The notes beneath the pieces are model-generated. The model saw only the letters and a program-made list of their open reading frames with translations. It was not told the DNA's origin and did no database searches. Positions 54,762-64,000 of a stretch of 64,000 nucleotides of DNA are shown here, piece after piece (position 1 is the first letter of the stretch; each line of letters opens with the position of its first letter). Origin of the DNA: Eledone cirrhosa. Its lineage: Eukaryota. The stretch lies in the NCBI GenBank assembly GCA_964016885.1, contig OZ024742.1, positions 363,382,001 to 363,446,000 on the forward strand, in the 5' to 3' direction. The position numbers and the translations under genes are program-made.

Positions 54762-55451
54762 TTGTATCGCGCTACCTTGAGGTATATGGTCTGTAATGCG
54801 AAGAAATACCTATGATGGCTAGTAGACCACTGATGACGGATCTTCCTGGCTTCTATTTCTAATTCTTCATTTATTATATATATATCCTATTTGCATCAAC
54901 ACAGCTCGCCATTTTTCATTCATATATGCTTTCACCTTCGCTGTGACCTGTCTTTTACTCTTCCCTTACTGCTATCCTCTTTCTCTCTCCCCTTTCTCTC
55001 TCCTTCTCCCTCTTACTTTCACTCACCCCCTTTTTCTAGTCACCCTCTCTCGGCTAGCCTCTTCCTCACACATTCACTCGTTCACTCTCTGCTACTCACC
55101 CTCTCTCTCACTTCCTCCATCGTGTCACACCGTACGAGATTCTTTCCTCACTCACATCCGCACGGCCAAGATGTGCCTTTGTCTTCTCGTCAGTATTCGC
55201 AAGTTCTTATGTTCAAAATGAATTATTGACTTGATTTTCTCATTGTTTCCTCTCTTTACGTTGCCTCATCATTCATGTTTGTTTACCTGTCTCACTTACT
55301 CCACCCAACTCTTTTTATCCCACTAATTTAATTTAGTTATTGTATCGACCTAGCTTGAGGTGTATGGTCTGTAATGCGAAGAAATACCTGTGATGGCTAG
55401 TAGATCACTGATGACGGATATTCCTGGCTTCTATTTCTAATTCTTCATTTG

Positions 55452-55452
<1 letters not shown>
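54762..55452 (+). mobile_element. 578-bp tandem non-coding element with two permuted-hammerhead motifs (family 2)
   Basis: Motifs at 54767-54836 and 55345-55414; spacer shares ctctctcggctagcctcttcctca with family 1; (TA)n on both sides. Confidence 0.8.
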
Positions 55453-55531
<79 letters not shown>

Positions 55532-55929
55532 ATAATAATAAATTTGAAGACTAAAGTCCAAAGAGGGCTCGATAAGGATAAATATATATCAAATATATAC
55601 GAACCCTAGAGCAAATATTTATTAAAATAACAGATTAAAGTTTAAGCAAAGAATCGTTGCTTTCACCCTTAACGGGATCTGTATGTAAAAGGTAAATATA
55701 AATAACAACACAATCGGTACAGAATATGGAAGGGATATATTAGGTTAACGTTTGATATAGCAGGAATAAGGTCTTAACGTTTCGGACGCTAGTCGTTCAC
55801 CAGAAGAAAGAAAGAGAAATAAGATAGATTGAGAGGAATTGAAAAAAACGTCTGTTGATAAAAATAACAGGTCCATTCATGTTGACGTGCGTTTGCCTGT
55901 ATATAAATAAATAAATAAATAAATAATAA

Positions 55930-55975
<46 letters not shown>

Positions 55976-56150
55976 TCTAGTGATGCGGCTGGACTGCCGA
56001 CCGCTATATCTGATTTGCTAAGCTGTCTGAACGTAATGCTATTACTCTGGGGTCTTTCCTCATCTGAGTGCTCAAGCTACAGACCGATTATGCATATACG
56101 CTAGCTTGGCCGTATTCTAAAGCTTCGTCAATGCTGTACTAAAATTTATA

Positions 56151-56197
<47 letters not shown>

Positions 56198-56346
56198 ATT
56201 AATAAAAGGAAATCAAGATAACGAACGAAAACAAGACAAAATGAAAAACAAATTTTTAAAGGGGATTCATTAAAAAATTACTTTTTGAAAATAAAAATAC
56301 AAACGAAAGACGCAGTTTTCTCTCTCTTTCTCTCTCTCTGTCTCCT

Positions 56347-56414
<68 letters not shown>

Positions 56415-56431
56415 AGAATATATATGTAAGA

Positions 56432-57103
56432 ATATAGTGTACATAGGTAAGACAGCTCGTAGTATAGGAAAACGGATAAATGAACACTGGCGAGAGCTTC
56501 AAGATAGTACAAAATCATCTCTACCTACCAACATGCTAAAATATAACATAAGGGTAAATTAAAGAGCATAAAAATAAAAATAGAATCTATACACAGAAAA
56601 GACGCAATGTTTAGACAAATCACAGAGGCAATAAACTTAAATGAACTCCAACCAAAATTAAATAGAAAGTATGAATGGAATAGCAACATCACAACTTACA
56701 ATTAAGGACAAAATGAAAACACACACACACACATAGAACAAACAACCAACCAGTAACATGTAAATAAACAAATAAATAAACAAATATAAACACACACAGA
56801 CACCCGGATGTAACACATGCGCAATCTAAGCACACAGCACACACAAAAACAAGATGGCGTAGGACAGAACAAAGGAGAGGCACAAAAACAAAGAAACGAA
56901 TCCCCAGTCACTGAAGAGGTCACAGAATGTGTGACGAAAGAACTTTGACAATATATGAACAATCGTCTGGTTGTGGAACCAACCAACCAACCGGAAATTT
57001 ATAAATTCCTAAATTTATAAATTTAATTTATAATAAATTGAAGTGAAACAATTTGTGCGTGTGTTTCTTATTAGCAATATGACCCTCCCAAAGTATAACA
57101 ATA
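56432..57103 (+). mobile_element. Degenerate Penelope-like 3' fragment (GIY-YIG remnant and pLTR with hammerhead at 56907-56949)
   Basis: tacataggtaagacagctcgt (YIGKTAR), aaattaaatagaaagtatgaatgg (KLNRKYEW); GTCA CTGAAGA GGTCACA gaatg TGTGAC GAAA GAAC TT TGAC. Confidence 0.8.
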
Positions 57104-57158
57104 ACGGTTTCAACACACGTTTTCAGATAAAGAATCTTGCTAAACAAATTCAGAAACG

Positions 57159-57221
<63 letters not shown>

Positions 57222-59789
57222 TACATGTGTGTGTACGTATATATATGTGTGTGTATGTGAATGTGTGTTTATAAAAAAAATAATTCTAAATTGTAAAACA
57301 CTAATACAATGATAAAAAGTCAAACATTCTCTTTAAAATTTAGTTATGATTATCGACCAAATAGTTGAAGAATTTGAAGAAGGTTTATTAAGGTAGGCAG
57401 CGGAGGCTGGGACTGAATGTTAATGGGATGAGGAAGGGGGTGGTTATAGAGGAGAATAAAATATAAATTAGTAACAAATCGAAGAATTATAAATTTGGAT
57501 GGAAAAAATTAAGAATAATGTATAAACTAATGGAAAAAACTAATTGAGAGTAGAAAGAAAAATGTGTTTCAAAATATGGAAGATGGATGAAAGACGGAAG
57601 AACTGAAAGAAAAGTAACTGTGGAGAAATAAATAATGAAAACGGATAGGAAAAGAAAGAAAGAAAGTAAGAAAGAAGGAAATAAAGAAAGGAAGAAGGAA
57701 AGAAAAAGAAAACAGGATGGAAGCAGAAGAAACGACGAGAATATTGATATAACTGTCAGGTATGAACAAATGAATTCACAAAAGATGAGAGGAATCGCTT
57801 GAGAGAATGAAGGAATTTCTAGCTGATTTTGGCGTTCAAAGAGCAAATATTTCACTGGTGATTATTGGCTTGTAATCAGTGAACTTGACACGACCAGATT
57901 TAGTAAAACATAAGCTAATGACACAATAACAACGAATTAGGGATAATTTTCTTCAAACGATGGAATATCTTAAATTTTATTATTTGAATATGTATTCATT
58001 GAATTTGAATAGTAAAACACATCTATCGACTATATTTCTACTAATAAACCGGCTAAACTAGCTGGGAGACTTTATAAGCAGCCGGTAAACTGAAATAAAA
58101 GGAAGAAAAGTCACAGATATGATCACACAAATGTCCACTGAAAAATATGTTATCTCGTTACAATTTAGGTGGGTCATGCTACAAATTAAAACTTGGGCAC
58201 TTGTCGGGTTTCACTTCAAAGTTTTTAATATTATTATTATTATTATTATTATTAAACTTATTCCGCGTGGGAGCGCCTGGCTTAGTGGTAAGGGGGTTTG
58301 GACTTACGACCATAAAGTCGGAGGTTTGATTCCTGAACTGGGTGGTGTTTTGTAGTTTTGAACAACCCACTTCATTTCAGTTTGTTCCCATATACTCAGC
58401 TGAAAATGAGTATTACTTGCGATGGACTGGTGTCAGGTCCAGGGTGGAGTATTGTACTCTTAGACACTTTATGCCACTTAAACTGGGATAACCAGCGGCC
58501 TTCACGCTCGAGACAGGCGTTAGACTTATTCCAGTTATCAGATGACTAACTAACCGGTTATATTTCTAATTGTCGAAGCTATTTCCTCAAAATAAAAGAT
58601 CTTTGATACTCTAAATAATATTTTACACCGGCTTTTCTCGCCGCCATTTATTAGTTTCAACTCTTTTAATTAATTTAACATTATTATGGTTTTTAAATAA
58701 AAGTTAACATTTTGTTTTGGATTATTTGACTAACCTAAGTAACGTTCTATGCAATGTTGTCTTTTCTATGAGCGTCAGTATATTTGGTTATTGTGGATTC
58801 TTGTGCTGCTCCGATCATAAACTATATTTCAATTACTGAAAAGTTAAGTATTGGAATAAATATATGAAATATTTTGACATTGCTGTCTAGGCTAATATAT
58901 AGATAAATATAGACAATGAATTGGGAGAGTTGTTAGAGTATCGGGCAACACGAACTGGTAGAAGACCAAGGGGTAGACTCCAAGCAAGATGGCTGTATAA
59001 CATCCACCAGCTTGTCTGGTCTCACTTGGAGATCCAGCCAAATAAGTTGCAGACAGTTGCTTCTGACAGGACCCACCCATTTGAAAGTGTGTTTGAGAAC
59101 TCTGCCCCCACAACCCTCTCAGGATTAAGTGGGAAAACAATAAGAAGAGTAGAGAGTAGCTAGAGTATCTGATAAACTGTTGTAGTATTTGTTCTGGCTT
59201 ACTAAACTCTCCGTTCAAATCAGACCGAGGTCAACTTTACTGTTCCTCCTTGAGAAGTCGATACATAGAACTCCAGTTTACTACTGAGGGTTATTCTTCG
59301 TTTCTCTGGAAGAATTTTGTTATTTTCAGACAAGGAAAGCGATGTGCTCCACCGGGTTTAAATGCTGGCCATGACATGCCCTGTGTCAGGATAGGGACCC
59401 TGCGATTCCAACAGAAGTTATGTTCTCTTATTTCCTTCTATAGACAAATATAGAGACTTACTTACTTACAGAGATGTCGATCAAGACAGAATCAATTAAA
59501 GAGGGAGATCAATGAATAAACGAAGTGAGAAGCATTGCTATAGTATTCATAAAACTGACAAAACTGAAACCCAGATAACCGGCACATTTTGTATTTTATT
59601 TATTTTAAATTATTTATTACTATTATATTTTTGCTGTATTAGAGTGACAGACTGAGGTTGTTTAGTGTATGTTGTGTGAAGGGGGGAGCCTGGCCATGGG
59701 ATAAGAAGTCCCAGCTTATCTACCTTCTTCTGTATAACTTGTATTACACTGTGTTATTATTAATTCTAATACTACAAAAACAACAACAA

Positions 59790-62700
59790 CTACTACTACT
59801 ACTTCTACTGTTACTACAACTACTGCTAACACTACCACCTCCACTACTACTACTGTTACTACAACTACTGCTAACACTACCACCTCCACTACTACTACTG
59901 TAACTACAACTACTGCTAATACTACCACCTCCACTACTACTACTGTTACTACAACTACTGCTAACACTACCACCTCCACTACTACTACTGTTACTACAAC
60001 TACTGCTAACACTACCACCTCCACTACTACTACTGTTACTACAACTACTGCTAACACTACCACCTCCACTACTACTACTGTTACTACAACTACTGCTAAC
60101 ACTACCACCTCCACTACTACTACTACTGTTACTACAACTACTGCTAACACTACCACCTCCACTACTACTACTACTGTTACTACAACTACTGCTAACACTA
60201 CCACCTCCACTACTACTACTACTGTTACTACAACTACTGCTAACACTACCACCTCCACTACTACTACTACTGTTACTACAACTACTGCTAACACTACCAC
60301 CTCCACTACTACTGCTGTTACTACAACTACTGCTAACACTACCACCTCCACTACTACTACTGTTACTACAACTACTGCTAACACTACCACCTCCACTACT
60401 ACTGCTGTTACTACAACTACTGCTAACACTACCACCTCCACTACTACTACTGTTACTACAACTACTGCTAACACTACCACCTCCACTACTACTACTACTG
60501 TTACTACAACTACTGCTAACACTACCACCTCCACTACTACTACTACTGTTACTACAATTACTGCTAACACTACCACCTCCACTACTACTACTGTTACTAC
60601 AACTACTGCTAACACTACCACCTCCACTACTACTACTGCTGTTACTACAACTACTGCTAACACTACCACCTCCACTACTACTGCTGTTACTACAACTACT
60701 GCTAACACTACCACCTCCACTACTACTACTGTTACTACAACTACTGCTAACACTACCACCTCCACTACTACTACTACTGTTACTACAACTACTGCTAACA
60801 CTACCACCTCCACTACTACTACTGTTACTACAACTACTGCTAACACTACCACCTCCACTACTACTACTACTGTTACTACAACTACTGCTAACACTACCAC
60901 CTCCACTACTACTACTGTTACTACAACTACTGCTAACACTACCACCTCCACTACTACTACTACTGTTACTACAACTACTGCTAACACTACCACCTCCACT
61001 ACTACTACTACTGTTACTACAACTACTGCTAACACTACCACCTCCACTACTACTACTGTTACTACAACTACTGCTAACACTACCACCTCCACTACTACTA
61101 CTACTGTTACTACAACTACTGCTAACACTACCACCTCCACTACTACTACTGTTACTACAACTACTGCTAACACTACCACCTCCACTACTACTACTACTGT
61201 TACTACAACTACTGCTAACACTACCACCTCCACTACTACTACTGTTACTACAACTACTGCTAACACTACCACCTCCACTACTACTACTACTGTTACTACA
61301 ACTACTGCTAACACTACCACCTCCACTACTACTACTGTTACTACAACTACTGCTAACACTACCACCTCCACTACTACTACTACTGTTACTACAACTACTG
61401 CTAACACTACCACCTCCACTACTACTACTACTGTTACTACAACTACTGCTAACACTACCACCTCCACTACTACTACTGTTACTACAACTACTGCTAACAC
61501 TACCACCTCCACTACTACTACTGTTACTACAACTACTGCTAACACTACCACCTCCACTACTACTACTGTTACTACAACTACTGCTAACACTACCACCTCC
61601 ACTACTACTACTACTGTTACTACAACTACTGCTAACACTACCACCTCCACTACTACTACTGTTACTACAACTACTGCTAACACTACCACCTCCACTACTA
61701 CTACTACTGTTACTACAACTACTGCTAACACTACCACCTCCACTACTACTACTGTTACTACAACTACTGTTACTACAACTACTGCTAACACTACCACCTC
61801 CACTACTACTACTACTGTTACTACAACTACTGCTAACACTACCACCTCCACTACTACTACTGTTACTACAACTACTGCTAACACTACCACCTCCACTACT
61901 ACTACTGTTACTACAACTACTGCTAACACTACCACCTCCACTACTACTACTGTTACTACAACTACTGCTAACACTACCACCTCCACTACTACTACTGTTA
62001 CTACAACTACTGCTAACACTACCACCTCCACTACTACTACTGTTACTACAACTACTGCTAACACTACCACCTCCACTACTACTACTGTTACTACAACTAC
62101 TGCTAACACTACCACCTCCACTACTACTACTACTGTTACTACAACTACTGCTAACACTACCACCTCCACTACTACTACTGTTACTACAACTACTGCTAAC
62201 ACTACCACCTCCACTACTACTACTGTTACTACAACTACTGCTAACACTACCACCTCCACTACTACTACTGTTACCACAAATACTGCTAACACTACCACCT
62301 CCACTACTACTACTGTTACCACAACTACTGCTAACACTACCACCTCCACTACTACTAGTGTTACTACAACTACTGCTAACACTACCACCTCCACTACTAC
62401 TACTACTGTTACTACAACTACTGCTAACACTACCACCTCCACTACTACTACTGTTACTACAACTACTGCTAACACTACCACCTCCACTACTACTACTACT
62501 ACTGTTACTACAACTACTGCTAACACTACCACCTCCACTACTACTACTGTTACCACAACTACTGCTAACACTACCACCTCCACTACTACTACTGTTACTA
62601 CAACTACTGCTAACACTACCACCTCCACTACTACTACTGTTACCACAACTACTGCTAACACTACCACCTCCACTACTACTACTGTTACTACAACTACTGC

Positions 62701-64000
62701 TAACACTACCACCTCCACTACTACTACTGTTACTACAACTACTGCTAACACTACCACCTCCACTACTACTACTGTTACTACAACTACTGCTAACACTACC
62801 ACCTCCACTACTACTACTGTTACTACAACTACTGCTAACACTACCATCTCCACTACTACTACTGTTACTACAACTACTGCTAACACTACCACCTCCACTA
62901 CTACTACTGTTACTACAACTACTGCTAACACTACCACCTCCACTACTACTACTACTGTTACTACAACTACTGCTAACACTACCACCTCCACTACTACTAC
63001 TGTTACTACAACTACTGCTAACACTACCACCTCCACTACTACTACTACTGTTACTACAACTACTGCTAACAATACCACCTCCACTACTACTACTGTTACT
63101 ACAACTACTGCTAACACTACCACCTCCACTACTACTACTGTTACTACAACTACTGCTAACACTACCACCTCCACTACTACTACTGTTACTACAACTACTG
63201 CTAACACTACCACCTCCACTACTACTACTGTTACCACAACTACTGCTAACACTACCACCTCCACTACTACTACTGTTACTACAACTACTGCTAACACTAC
63301 CACCTCCACTACTACTACTGTTACTACAACTACTGCTAACACTACCACCTCCACTACTACTACTGTTACTACAACTACTGCTAACACTACCACCTCCACT
63401 ACTACTACTGTTACTACAACTACTGCTAACACTACCACCTCCACTACTACTACTGTTACCACAACTACTGCTAACACTACCACCTCCACTACTACTACTG
63501 TTACTACAACTACTGCTAACACTACCACCTCCACTACTACTACTGTTACCACAACTACTGCTAACACTACCACCTCCACTACTACTACTGTTACTACAAC
63601 TACTGCTAACACTACCACCTCCACTACTACTACTGTTACTACAACTACTGCTAACACTACCACCTCCACTACTACTACTGTTACCACAACTACTGCTAAC
63701 ACTACCACCTCCACTACTACTACTGTTACTACAACTACTGCTAACACTACCACCTCCACTACTACTACTGTTACTACAACTACTGCTAACACTACCACCT
63801 CCACTACTACTACTGTTACTACAACTACTGCTAACACTACCACCTCCACTACTACTACTACTGTTACTACAACTACTGGTAACACTACCACCTCCACTAC
63901 TACTACTACTGTTACTACAACTACTGCTAACACTACCACCTCCACTACTACTACTGTTACTACAACTACTGCTAACACTACCACCTCCACTACTACTACT
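59790..64000. repeat. 42/45-bp (ACT)-derived minisatellite running off the window end
   Basis: Unit ACTACTACTACTGTTACTACAACTACTGCTAACACTACCACCTCC with one ACT more or fewer. Confidence 0.97.

Noticed and set aside
59716-63990. 1424-aa Val-rich ORF on the - strand
   Set aside because: Antisense reading of the minisatellite; a near poly-Val product is implausible

Overview
Gene-free, very AT- and microsatellite-rich eukaryotic (animal) DNA. The SINE types and the density of (TA)n/(CA)n suggest a mollusc such as an octopus (inference only). No host protein-coding gene is supported. Three layers of mobile DNA dominate. (1) Six copies of an L1/Tx1-group non-LTR retrotransposon (APE endonuclease, RT with YADD, C-terminal CCHC; one near full-length copy with a zinc-knuckle ORF1); five are co-oriented and mostly sit in (TATC)n/(TACC)n tracts, which suggests microsatellite target specificity. 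(2) Penelope-like GIY-YIG remnants and many short non-autonomous elements in (TA)n tracts carry about 20 recognisable hammerhead ribozyme motifs: minimal type I with palindromic stem III, versions with very long stem II, tandem retrozyme-like arrays, and fold-back derivatives. (3) tRNA-derived SINEs, a Helitron-like insert, an RTE-like remnant and two minisatellite arrays. The most striking signal is a hammerhead catalytic core with its three strands in a reversed, non-circularly permuted (pseudoknotted) order. It occurs in three sequence-divergent families (7403-7477; 44281-45500; 54767-55414), with compensatory changes across the four helices. All pairings were read by eye and none has been tested.
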